Positions 51,167 through 60,758 of a DNA stretch of 64,000 nt are shown piece after piece. The notes under the pieces are model-generated. The model was not told the DNA's origin. It searched no databases and saw only the letters and a list, made by a program, of their open reading frames with translations. Source of the DNA: Gemmatimonadales bacterium (lineage in GTDB: Bacteria; Gemmatimonadota; Gemmatimonadetes; Gemmatimonadales; GWC2-71-9); NCBI GenBank assembly GCA_965249575.1, contig OZ252244.1, positions 1,248,001-1,312,000 on the forward strand, read 5' to 3'. A program made the position numbers and the translations under genes. Numbering within the stretch: the first letter of the stretch is position 1; the number at the start of each line of letters is the position of its first letter.

Positions 51167-52082
51167 TCACACAGAAAACGATTCCGGTTCGCGCAACGCG
51201 CGCGAGTGCAGCTCCTCATCGATGTTGCGGCCCGTGACGATCATGATCGTCGCGCCGTTTGGGTTGCCGATCTGGGCGAGTGACGCCAGTCCCGCGGCCG
51301 CCGCGCCCTCGGCACGGATACCCTCGGAGTGAAACGCCGAGATCGCGTGCGCGAGCTCTCGGTCGGTAACGTACAGCATTTGATCTACGACACGCCGCAG
51401 GACGTCCACGGCATATGGGATCGCTACACGGAGCGCGAGTCCGTCGGCGAACGTGTTCATCCGCCTGCACTCGACGGGGCGTCCCGCTTCCCAAGACAGC
51501 GCCATGACCGGCGCGCCCTTCGCGACGACGCCGACCACCTGTGTGGCGGCCTCACGTCTTCGAAGCGCTTCGCCAATGCCGCCAACGAGCGCGCCGTTGC
51601 CGATCGGGACAACCACGGTGCTGGGGGCTTGGCCAAGCTGTTCCAGGATTTCCTCGGCAATGGCGCCGTAGCCGCGATACTGGGCGGGCTCGGATCCGTC
51701 CTCGAAGAACGCGAATCCACATTGCCCTGCGAAACCACGCGCGCTGTCTTTCGCCTCGTCCAGATCCGCTCCGACGAGGCGCACGTCAGCGCCGAACCCC
51801 TCGATTACCGCGAGTTTCGTGCGCGACGCTCCGACCGGCGCGAAGACGACCGCCTCCAGCCCCAGCCGCCGGGCCGCCCAAGCGGTGGCAGCGCCATGGT
51901 TGCCCGTAGAGGCGGTGACTACCCCCCGGGGCTCCGCGGGATCGGAAATCCTCGAGCGCGGGGAGTGCCCCCCGCCATTTGAAGGCCCCGAGCTCGAGCA
52001 CGTCTTCTCGTTTCAAGAACAGCCGGCGTTCGGCGGCAATGGACTGCGGAGCAAGCTCCAGGGGGGGTTGGAGGGGCAACAC
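51167..52082 (-). pseudogene. PLP-dependent threonine/serine dehydratase-like enzyme, frameshifted
   Basis: FLKRE....GAFKWRG, ASTGNHG (alternative frame), VVPIGNGALVGG, ADGLA and EGAAAAGLA across three frames. Confidence 0.8.
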
Positions 52083-52198
52083 GCGGCTAAGATCGGTACG
52101 ATGGCGCCCGGGAGGGCCGACGGATCAATCGGCCGCAAGCGAGAACAGGACGTGATACGACCGTCCGCATCACGCCCTGTCTTCCAGAGTTCCCGGAG

Positions 52199-53593
52199 CT
52201 AGCGAAGCGCCGCCCTCTGCGGCCGAGGCGCGCCCTCCGGTCCGTTATCCCAGTCCTGCACGCTGGAGATGTTCGGCATTCCCCACTGATGCCCGTTCCA
52301 GCCATCGAAACCGTCCATCTTGAACGCCCAGAAGCCGGTATACATGTCCCCCGTCACGATGAGTCCGTCGGCATTCCGCACATCAATGCCAAAGGAGCCG
52401 TTGGTAACGGAGCCCCTGCCGGGCGCGGCCCTTGGCTCCCAGGGATTGGACTTGTCGATCTGATTGGGACCGTCGTAGGTATCGAAGTAGGCCACGGTAT
52501 ACGGATTCGTCGGGTCCATCATGTTGAAAACGTGAACGCCGTCTTCGTACGACGAGACGAAAACGTAGGGCCATCTGATCTCGTGGTTGTGCGGCAATCC
52601 CTGCCAGCGGGAGGTCCAGGCACCGATGGGTCGCGAGATCGTCTCCACCTCGCCATCCAGAGCGGGCTTCAGATCGATGATTCGCAGGGGCGCATACTGG
52701 TACTCCGACTCGAGCACCGCGTACCGCCCGTCAGGGGTCGGGGTAAACGTGTGGCCCCGGCTCATCCCAGCGATTCCAGTCGCGGACGTGATGAGCTTTG
52801 GTTCCCTGACGTCGGTAATGTCGTATACGAAGAAGCCGCCCGAGCCCGGACCGTAGAACTTGTCCTGTCGGGTGGCGGGATCGTAGCCGACGTAAAAGTC
52901 GTGGTACCCGCGTCCCGAGCCGGACGGGTTGGGAACGCGCGAGACGAGTCCGTCGTTCGGGTCGCCGGCGATAAGCTGCTTCAGGTCGTACACGTTCCCG
53001 TGCGGACCGCCGACGGTCGCGAACAGCAACGCGTCGCCGTTCGAGTGCTTGTACGCGAAGATGTTGTGGAAACCGCCGGGCGTATCCGATGCTTCGATTC
53101 GGCCCACCTCGCGCACCGTCGAGGTATCAGGCAGACCCGTGACGTCAAAAACGACCGCTCCGAGCTCGGCATCTGGCCCGCCGGGCCGGAATTGGAACGA
53201 CTGGGCACTGTAGTATCGGCCGTCGATCTTGAAGTACTTGTTGTCGAGAGCCCGGCCGGTATGGAGGTCCGGATTGTCGATCTCCCAGTTGTAGATCACC
53301 TTGGCCCGGGTGGGCTCCTTGATATCGATGATCGAGAAGCCGTACGTCGCTCTCCGGGACAGGTACACGTACGGCCGCGACAACTCCTGCTCGATCTCGA
53401 GGTCGTTCGCGTGAAACGGCCCGCCCATCGGGATGTGCGAGATGATCTTCATGTTGGTCGAGCCTTGCTGTCCGGGTCCCAGACTACTACCCGGGTGGTA
53501 CGCTTGGGCGGCCGCCATCGAAACCCCGGGCAGCACCAGCACCATCGTCATCAAGGGGGAAAGCAGCAGGTTGCGCCTAATTTCCTGAAACAT
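52199..53593 (-). CDS. Secreted LVIVD-like beta-propeller protein, paralogue 14
   Basis: GGAGG RBS, AAA|Q and all motifs. Confidence 0.85.
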   Translation of the reverse strand: MFQEIRRNLLLSPLMTMVLVLPGVSMAAAQAYHPGSSLGPGQQGSTNMKIISHIPMGGPFHANDLEIEQELSRPYVYLSRRATYGFSIIDIKEPTRAKVIYNWEIDNPDLHTGRALDNKYFKIDGRYYSAQSFQFRPGGPDAELGAVVFDVTGLPDTSTVREVGRIEASDTPGGFHNIFAYKHSNGDALLFATVGGPHGNVYDLKQLIAGDPNDGLVSRVPNPSGSGRGYHDFYVGYDPATRQDKFYGPGSGGFFVYDITDVREPKLITSATGIAGMSRGHTFTPTPDGRYAVLESEYQYAPLRIIDLKPALDGEVETISRPIGAWTSRWQGLPHNHEIRWPYVFVSSYEDGVHVFNMMDPTNPYTVAYFDTYDGPNQIDKSNPWEPRAAPGRGSVTNGSFGIDVRNADGLIVTGDMYTGFWAFKMDGFDGWNGHQWGMPNISSVQDWDNGPEGAPRPQRAALR

Positions 53594-53743
53594 CCTCACC
53601 TCCAAGGGGTCCTAAATTCGGTAGTCGTCCCCACCAGACCAGCGCCGGAGGCGACTGTGGAACGGAGCTTCAATGTGCAGGCTCAGTAGAACCCGGGCAA
53701 CCCCGCGGCTCGCGTTATCGGACCGGCAGAACGGGAACGGTCA

Positions 53744-53977
53744 ATGGACGAACTAGGCTTCGACGAGGGCTTCGACTTAGGGAGCGGCACGGCACAGACC
53801 ACCGCGCTGGTCGATTGTCCGCATTGTGGCGAGGTGAACGAGATTCAGCTCGACCCCGGGAGTGGACCGAGGCAGGAGTATGTCGAGGACTGCCAGGTCT
53901 GCTGCGCGCCCTGGACGGTCGAGGTCCGCTATGGACCGGAGGGCGATGCCGTGGTTTCCGCACGAGTCGACAGCTGA
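53744..53977 (+). CDS. CPXCG motif-containing cysteine-rich protein
   Basis: CPHCGE...D...G..Q.YVEDCQVCC.P. Confidence 0.88.
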   Translation: MDELGFDEGFDLGSGTAQTTALVDCPHCGEVNEIQLDPGSGPRQEYVEDCQVCCAPWTVEVRYGPEGDAVVSARVDS

Positions 53978-53993
53978 CCGGCCCACTCCCCGT

Positions 53994-55572
53994 CTATCCG
54001 CCGCGCGGGATCGGCCGGCCGGCCAACTCGCCTGTCGGGCGGCCGTCGCGGAACGCAAACCTCCCGTTTATGAGGACGTGCATCGTGCCTTCTGCGTATT
54101 GGTGCGGATCGTCGTAGGTCGCCTGGTCTCGGATGCGGGCTTCATCCAACACCACGACATCGGCATAAAACCCCGCCTTCAGTAACCCCCGGTCCGGGAC
54201 TCCGAAAAACTGCGCGGCGAGCGAGGTCATGCCTCGCACCGCGAAGGGAAGGCTGATCAGCCGCTCCTCGTGCACGAAGAGGCGGAGTTTCCTCGTGAAG
54301 GCCCCGTACGACCGGGGATGCGTGATGCCCTCACCGAACGGCGGGGTCCAGCCGTCGGTGCAGGTCATCATCCACTCCTGTTGCGCCAGATATCTCGTGT
54401 TCGCCATGTCGTACAACTCGAGGTTCATGACATCCGCATCGCGCTCCGCCAGAATCTGCCGAACGGCCTCGGGTACCGGGATACCCCAGTCCCGGGCGAC
54501 TGCGGCCAGCGTACGACCATTCAACTCAGCTCGCGCGTCGGTAAAGAGCAGCTTCTCCGGCCCGCCGCGAATCGCCAGCATTTCCATGGTTTCGACGTCG
54601 AGTCGTTTCACTGCCTCGGCGTCCTCGAAACGAGGGAGCATGCGTTGCCGCCCACCCGCGCTCGCCCACCTCGGTATCGCGTAGGCTCGGAGATTGCTCT
54701 GGGTGGCGGTGTAGACGTGCTGGCCGGCCATCACGTTGACGCCGCGGCTCCGGGCCTCCTCAACGAGCCGCCCCCCCCGGCACGACCGTAGTTCGGTCGT
54801 CCCTGGGCATTGAAGTGGGAAAAGATCACGGGAGTCCCTGCCCGCTCACCGATTTCGATCGCCTCACGAATCGATGCGAGGTAGCCCACACCCTTGTACG
54901 TCGCTCCGAGGTCTCGATCATGCGTGTCGTAGATCCCGCCATACCGGGCAGCGACCCTGGCAAGTTCGGTCACCTCGTCCGCCTTGGCATAGTAACCCGG
55001 GACGTAGAATAGACCTGACGACAACCCAACCGCGCCCTCATCCATTCCGCGGGCAACGTACGCCCGCATTGCGTCGAGCTCGGCGGCGGTGGGATCCCGG
55101 TCGTCGCGTCCCATCACCGCTTCCCGAGCGGCCCCATGGCCGACGAACCGGACGGCATTGATCCCTATGCCGGTGGCACGGTACCCATCGAACGTCTCCC
55201 CGAGCCTGTTCGTCCCCTCACCGTCCACCCCTAGAACCACCGTGGTAATCCCCTGATGGAGCTGCGGTAGCGCGGCCCTCCATGCTCGGTCTCGAGACCG
55301 GCGTGACTGTGCACGTCCCAAAAACCTGGGGCCACGATCAGGCCACTGGCATCGACCGTGTCGCGGGCCTCGGCGCCTGTGGCTTGCCCAACGAATACGA
55401 TGCGATCGTCACGGACGCCTACGTCCGCACGAACCCACGGGTTGCCAGCGCCATCCAGGACCTTCCCGCCAAGAATGAGCACCTCCAGCGGGCGCTGGTG
55501 CGCCGCCGGTGTCCCGCACGCGAGGACTGCTAGCGTGACGATCGAGGCGAAACGGCAGGAGTTGTCGATCAC
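53994..55572 (-). pseudogene. N-acyl-D-amino-acid deacylase (D-aminoacylase) lipoprotein, frameshifted at ~55270 and ~54770
   Basis: Lipobox LAC, DGAGNPW..ADV, PGFWDVHSH, QGITTV..G.DG, GA.GLSSGLFY.PG, HPRSYG.F.R and D.ATY..PHQ, split over three ORFs. Confidence 0.82.
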
Positions 55573-55624
55573 TGGGTTGTCCTGGTACGTGGTTGAAATC
55601 GGCGGGCGCGGGCCGGGCGATGCC

Positions 55625-57202
55625 CTACTGTCTCGAAAGCACGATGCCCGCGCGAACGCCGGTGAGTGATCCGCCTTTCACGGCGAGCCGCCCGTTCACC
55701 AGCACGTACGACATGCCCTCGGAGAGCTGGTGAGGCCTCTCGTAGGTCGCGCGATCCCGCAGTGCCTCGAGATCGAATACCACGATGTCGGCGAAGGCGC
55801 CTTCGCGAATCACTCCCCGGTCAGCCAGACGGAACGCTCTCGCCGGAAGACCTGTCATACTTCGGATCGCCTGCGGGAGATCGCCAACATGCTCTTCCAA
55901 GACGTATTTACGGATCCGCCGTGCAAAGGCACCGTACCCCCTAGGGTGGGGTTGGCCATCCCCCATGGGCACCAGTCCGCCGTCGCTACACGTCATCACC
56001 CACGACTCGCTCATGAACCGCTCCACATCGGCCTCGGACATGTTGTGGGACACGATACCCACCTCGCCTTGCTCAAGGAGCTCAACCGCCGCCTCAATCG
56101 GGTCGAGACCACGATCCCCAGCCACTCGCTCGAGGGTCATTCCCTCTGTCGACGGATCCGGCCGATACCGGGATATCTGAATGCGCGACGCGCCTCCTCT
56201 CCGATCCAGATTAATCCACATCACGTCGGTGATCCGAGCGCGGGCTTCGGGCTCAGCAAGCCGTTTCTCGAGCTCGTCGGCTCCCCCTTCCTGCGCCCAC
56301 CGCGGCAACAGTGCCGCACCCAATCCGGTTGACAAGGCCGCGTAGGGATACTGCGACGCATACACCTCGACGCCTTCACGGCGCGCCCGCTCGACCCGCT
56401 CGACGACCACGCCAGAATAGCCCCACACGCGCGGGCCCAGCGCCTTGATGTGCGTTACAATTCCGGGAAGGCCAGCCTCCCGAGCGACAGCTACCACCTC
56501 GTCCACAGCCGCCACCAACCCGATCGTATAGTCCGATTCGTCACGGATGTGGCTCGTGTAGAGGCCGCCGTACTCCGATACGACGCGCGCAAGCTCGGTT
56601 AGCTCCCCGGGGCGAGCGTAGCTCCCCGGGGCATAGAACAGGCCACTGGACAGACCGAAGGCACCGCTTTCCATCCCGCGCCGCACGAGCGCCCTCATCC
56701 GGTCCAACTCGTCCACGTGGGCGACCCGATTCGTCATCCCAAGGACCTCGCGCCGAATGGCTCCGTGCGGAACGAGTAGCCCGACGTTGACCCCGGAGCC
56801 ATGCTCCGCGAGCCGCGCCCTCTGGCGTTCGAGATCGACCGACCCGGCGCCGTCAGGATTCAAAAAGACCGTGGTGAGTCCCTGGGCGAGCAGCGGTCGG
56901 GCGTCACTCAATTCGGGCAATTCCAGGCCCTCAGCGGCGTGCGAGCGCTCGTCGATGAACCCTGGGGACACGTAGAGCTCCGAGGCATCGATCACTAGGT
57001 CTGCCTCCACTTCCGACAAATCACCGACCGCGGCAATCCGATCGCCCACTACTGCGATGTCCGCGCGAAACCAGGGGTTGCCCGTTCCGTCTAACACCCG
57101 CCCGTTTCGCACGACGACGTCGTACCGCTCCTGAGCTAGCCCGGCCGCCGATGCGATGAACAAGAGAACCAGGGACGCCGCGGCTGCGATCGCATTGCGC
57201 AT
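55625..57202 (-). CDS. N-acyl-D-amino-acid deacylase (D-aminoacylase family), secreted
   Basis: GLA|Q, DGTGNPW, GAFGLSSGLFYAPG, SHIRDE, THIK, HPRGYGAF and ATYERPHQ. Confidence 0.9.
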   Translation of the reverse strand: MRNAIAAAASLVLLFIASAAGLAQERYDVVVRNGRVLDGTGNPWFRADIAVVGDRIAAVGDLSEVEADLVIDASELYVSPGFIDERSHAAEGLELPELSDARPLLAQGLTTVFLNPDGAGSVDLERQRARLAEHGSGVNVGLLVPHGAIRREVLGMTNRVAHVDELDRMRALVRRGMESGAFGLSSGLFYAPGSYARPGELTELARVVSEYGGLYTSHIRDESDYTIGLVAAVDEVVAVAREAGLPGIVTHIKALGPRVWGYSGVVVERVERARREGVEVYASQYPYAALSTGLGAALLPRWAQEGGADELEKRLAEPEARARITDVMWINLDRRGGASRIQISRYRPDPSTEGMTLERVAGDRGLDPIEAAVELLEQGEVGIVSHNMSEADVERFMSESWVMTCSDGGLVPMGDGQPHPRGYGAFARRIRKYVLEEHVGDLPQAIRSMTGLPARAFRLADRGVIREGAFADIVVFDLEALRDRATYERPHQLSEGMSYVLVNGRLAVKGGSLTGVRAGIVLSRQ

Positions 57203-57408
57203 CTGATGACGTGTTGACTCGTAGTACGTTGTCAGCCTTTTCCCCGAAGCACGGGTGGTCGCCGGGAGCCTGAACTTGGGCCTGGAATGGAGGGGCATGC
57301 AAGGTGCGGCACGCCTGGAATAAGGTGAGCCGGCCGGATATGTTCACCGAGCGCCCTGAATGCGACACCTCCGACTACTTTGAACGGAACTCTACGGAGC
57401 GACGACAC

Positions 57409-58149
57409 ATGTCCCTCGCCACCGCCGTCGACACACGCCAAGCTCGAATCGATCTCGCGGCAGCATTTCGGTGGGCCGCGCGCCTCGGCCTGAACGAGGG
57501 GATAGACAACCATTTCAGTGCCGCGATCTCCCCTTCGGGAGATCAGTTCCTCGTCAACCCGCACGGATTCCACTGGACCGAGTTACGCGCCAGCGATCTC
57601 GTACTCGCTGACAAGGACCGCAACATCCTCGAGGGCGAACACCAGGTCGAGGACACGGCATTCTTCATTCACTCAAGGATCCATCTCGGCCGCCCGAAGG
57701 CACGGTGTGTTCTGCACACGCACATGCCCTACGCGACGGCGTTGTGTCTGCTCGAAAACGGGAGGCTAGAGATGGTCGAGCAAAACGCCATCCGGTACCA
57801 CAACCGTATCGCGTACCTCGACGAATACGAGGGGCTCGCACTGGACACGACGGAAGGCGATCGTCTCGCGAAGGCGATGGGAGGTAACGACGTCGCGTTC
57901 CTCGGTGCCCACGGCGTTATCGTGACCGGCCCAACGATCGCACACGCATTCGACGAACTCTACTTTCTCGAGCGCGCGTGCCAGGTTCAGCTCATTGCCC
58001 GCAGTTCCGGAGGCACTCTGCGCAAGCTGCCGCAACGGCTCATCGAGGATACGGCTCGGCAAATGCAAGGGGCACTCGACGGAGGCCGCCTGCACTTCGA
58101 GGCCATCAAGCGCATTCTCGGGCGCACCGAGCCGGAATACACCGAATGA
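57409..58149 (+). CDS. Class II aldolase/adducin family protein
   Basis: DLAAAFR, GIDNHFS, FLVNP.G, AFFIHS.IH, VLHTHMPYA, HGVIV.G and YFLERAC. Confidence 0.92.
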   Translation: MSLATAVDTRQARIDLAAAFRWAARLGLNEGIDNHFSAAISPSGDQFLVNPHGFHWTELRASDLVLADKDRNILEGEHQVEDTAFFIHSRIHLGRPKARCVLHTHMPYATALCLLENGRLEMVEQNAIRYHNRIAYLDEYEGLALDTTEGDRLAKAMGGNDVAFLGAHGVIVTGPTIAHAFDELYFLERACQVQLIARSSGGTLRKLPQRLIEDTARQMQGALDGGRLHFEAIKRILGRTEPEYTE

Positions 58150-58225
58150 GTGCACCGCGGGGTAACGGAAAGATGATCGGGGTCCCTGGTCGGGACGCCG
58201 CGGCGGGATGCAATTCACCCGGTAG

Positions 58226-58852
58226 TCAGCTGCGCTCGCCGGTCGCCGCATCGAGCAACCGCTTGGCCTCAGGCGAGTAGTCGAGCTGGATCGCGCACTC
58301 GCGGGCCCGTTCGCTCATCTTCCCCCACGTCCCTTTGAGAATGCGAAGCCATTTTTTCTCGTCCCACTTCTCGAGATAGGTGCCGAGCTTCGTCGCGAGG
58401 AACGTGAGGCAGTCCGCATCTTCGAGGGCCTGGGCCTCTGGATCATGGGGGAACCCTTCCTTCCGAATCAGGGCCCGCACCCGACCAACGGTTTCCGCTG
58501 GGTACCCCGCCTCGGCGACGCACTGGCCGCACCGCTCTGCGTGGAACTCGTTGAGGGCCCGTCGCCAGCGATGGTACCCGGCCCTGGTCATTGGATATCG
58601 CGAGCGGGGGATGGTCCAGCGTTCCATGTCATGGCCGCGGGCAGCGAGCAGTAGCTCCTCAGAGGCCTCCGGAATCAACTGCTGGACCCAGTCAAAAACG
58701 AATTCGGAGTGGAGGTATTCCCGGGGACCCTCTCGCCCCAGGATCGTGGTCACGGTGGGATCCCGCTTGTTGGCGGCGTCTATTAACGAAAGGGCTCGTT
58801 CGAATCGAGGGGTTGGAAACACCAGGAGAGCTTCACACCCCGCGGAGCGCAT
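58226..58852 (-). CDS. DUF4202 domain protein
   Basis: IDAAN..DP, LAAR.H...RW.IPR..YP..RAGY..WR, QALEDA.CL.FL and TW.KMS. Confidence 0.88.
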   Translation of the reverse strand: MRSAGCEALLVFPTPRFERALSLIDAANKRDPTVTTILGREGPREYLHSEFVFDWVQQLIPEASEELLLAARGHDMERWTIPRSRYPMTRAGYHRWRRALNEFHAERCGQCVAEAGYPAETVGRVRALIRKEGFPHDPEAQALEDADCLTFLATKLGTYLEKWDEKKWLRILKGTWGKMSERARECAIQLDYSPEAKRLLDAATGERS

Positions 58853-59025
58853 GTCAACGGGACCAGGATGAGGCCCCCGGATGCGTGTATTCCGTCAGTG
58901 TTCGTGGTTAGAACCCGCAACTCACGCAGCGTAGGGGGGTAGACCTAGAGTCGGAGCGCGATTTCGAGAATGGTTTGCGGCGCTTACCGAAACGCACCTG
59001 TATCCCTCCGAGGAGAGTATCGAGA

Positions 59026-59742
59026 ATGATGGCCGTGCAATTCGAGGGAGCACCTCCAAATACCGCGTGGGACCTGGTGGCCATCTCGAGCGCCGAGACT
59101 AAGGCTGTGTTGGTGGTACTCGCCGTGTTCTCATTGATCAGCTGGTTCCTCATCGCCTTCAAGTGGTGGCAACTGCGCCGGGTGCGGCAGCAGGGCAATC
59201 ACTTCTTCGGGGCCTTGGAGCAGTCGCGAAGCCTGGAAGAGGCCCACACGACCGCCCAGAACCTCCCGCCGTCGCCGTTTGGTCGAGTGCTGCGAGAGGG
59301 GATCCAATTCTTTCAGGCATTGAGGCCCTCCGGTGAGACACAGCCCAGCGAGGAGTCGACTTCGACGCTTTCGGTGACCCAGCTCGAGGCCCTGCGAATG
59401 GTGCTCGCCAAAGAGGTGTCAGCCGAGCGCGACCTGATGGCGCGGTTTATTCCGTGGCTAGCGACCATAGGCGCGGTGAGTCCCCTGCTCGGATTGCTGG
59501 GCACCGTGCTCGGAGTCATGGATTCCTTCATTGGTATCGCTACGGGTGGGTCCGGAAACATCAGCGCCGTCGCGCCGGGTGTTGCCGAAGCGCTCATCAC
59601 CACGGTCGTTGGGCTGGCGGTCGCCATACCGGCCGTTATCGCTTACAACCTTCTGGCCAACCGCCTGGGAGTCTACGCCGGAGAGCTCGAGGGTTTCGCG
59701 CACGAGGTCATTGGGAGCATGGCACGAGAGGGGAGACTCTAG
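59026..59742 (+). CDS. MotA/TolQ/ExbB proton channel protein
   Basis: LATIGAVSPLLGLLGTVLGVM, VAPGVAEALITT..GL.VAIPA.IAYN. Confidence 0.93.
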   Translation: MMAVQFEGAPPNTAWDLVAISSAETKAVLVVLAVFSLISWFLIAFKWWQLRRVRQQGNHFFGALEQSRSLEEAHTTAQNLPPSPFGRVLREGIQFFQALRPSGETQPSEESTSTLSVTQLEALRMVLAKEVSAERDLMARFIPWLATIGAVSPLLGLLGTVLGVMDSFIGIATGGSGNISAVAPGVAEALITTVVGLAVAIPAVIAYNLLANRLGVYAGELEGFAHEVIGSMAREGRL

Positions 59743-59745
59743 CCA

Positions 59746-60162
59746 ATGGCCGAGGGCGGACTCAGGGGCCACGGCGAGCTGCCGCTCGCGGCCGATATCA
59801 ACGTGACCTCATTGGTCGATGTCGCGTTCGTACTGCTCATCATCATCATGCTCACCGCGCCGATCATGCAGGGCGGCGTGGATGTCAGACTGCCGCAAAC
59901 CGAAGCCCGGGCCCTGCGCCCGGACGAGGCGGCCGTGGTATCCATTAATCAGGAGGGCGGGGTGTCGCTCAACGGCGCGGTGCTGCCGATCGGTGACCTC
60001 CGCCCTGCTCTTGAAGCCGTCGTCGCGGACGAGGGACCTCCTATCGTCTACGTCCGCGCTGACGCTCGGGTCGACTACGGGCAGGTCGCGCAGGTGCTCG
60101 CTGACATTCGAGCTGCGGGTGTCCCCAACCTGGCCCTTGTTTCCGAGCGAGTCGTCCCCTAG
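59746..60162 (+). CDS. ExbD/TolR biopolymer transport protein
   Basis: DINVTSLVDVAFVLLII.M.TAP and VRAD..V.YG.V. Confidence 0.93.
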   Translation: MAEGGLRGHGELPLAADINVTSLVDVAFVLLIIIMLTAPIMQGGVDVRLPQTEARALRPDEAAVVSINQEGGVSLNGAVLPIGDLRPALEAVVADEGPPIVYVRADARVDYGQVAQVLADIRAAGVPNLALVSERVVP

Positions 60163-60262
60163 AACTTTCGCCCGCCAGTCCATTCTCCAACTAATTGTCT
60201 TGCAGTCGTTTACGGCCACCTCCAGGGCAGGGGGGTGGACGTGGAATAAGTGTGAAGCGGTC

Positions 60263-60280
60263 TTGTGAAACGGTTCACAA
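60263..60280. promoter_or_regulatory. Rex-type operator TTGTGAA-N4-TTCACAA (also fits the CRP core TGTGA-N6-TCACA)
   Basis: Perfect palindrome TTGTGAAACGGTTCACAA, ~110 nt upstream of the nirK start. Confidence 0.7.
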
Positions 60281-60390
60281 AGTCGTTAAGCCAGGCGGCC
60301 GATCATGGAATCGTCCCGATAGGGAGCACGCCGTTAGCGAGCGTAAAGTCCGGTGCGAAGCATCGATCGCAGTTACTCGGAGGACGTCCA

Positions 60391-60758
60391 ATGAAAACAT
60401 CCCGCGGCTCCGCGAAGATTCTGGGCTTCGTCGCCCTTGGGTCCGTACTCACGATCCCGGTCGTTCAGGCCTGTCGAGGAGCCCTTGCCGACCAGCGGCC
60501 GCGCCAAGCTGAACAGGCGCTTCTCACACACGCCCCTGAAGTACCTCCACCTATTCAGCGAAACGAGCCCGCGAAGCTGATCGTCAACCTCGAAACCAGC
60601 GAGGTGACGAAGGAGATCGCCGAGGGGGTGGAGTACACCTTCTGGACCTTTGGCGGTGAGGTCCCCGGGAAGTTCATTCGCGTTCGGGAGGGGGACGAGG
60701 TCGAGTTCCACCTCAACAACCATCCGGACAGCAGGTTTCCACACAACATCGACCTGCA
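60391..60758 (+). pseudogene. nirK: Copper-containing nitrite reductase, 5' fragment
   Basis: Lipoprotein-like signal, LT.AP.VPPPI.R..PAK..V.LE, GVEYTFWTFGG.VPG.FIRVREGD.VEFHL.NHP.S..PHNIDL. It breaks exactly at the HNIDLH Cu motif. Confidence 0.85.

Noticed and set aside
4539..53689. Long plus-strand ORFs opposite the paralogues (e.g. 4539-5567, 15013-16488, 41176-42543, 52289-53689)
   Set aside because: These are antisense shadow ORFs expected from GC-rich codon bias, with no recognisable motifs.
51167..55572. Programmed frameshifting or phase variation in the dehydratase and D-aminoacylase genes
   Set aside because: Indels are frequent across the whole window, often in homopolymers, so sequencing error is the simpler explanation.
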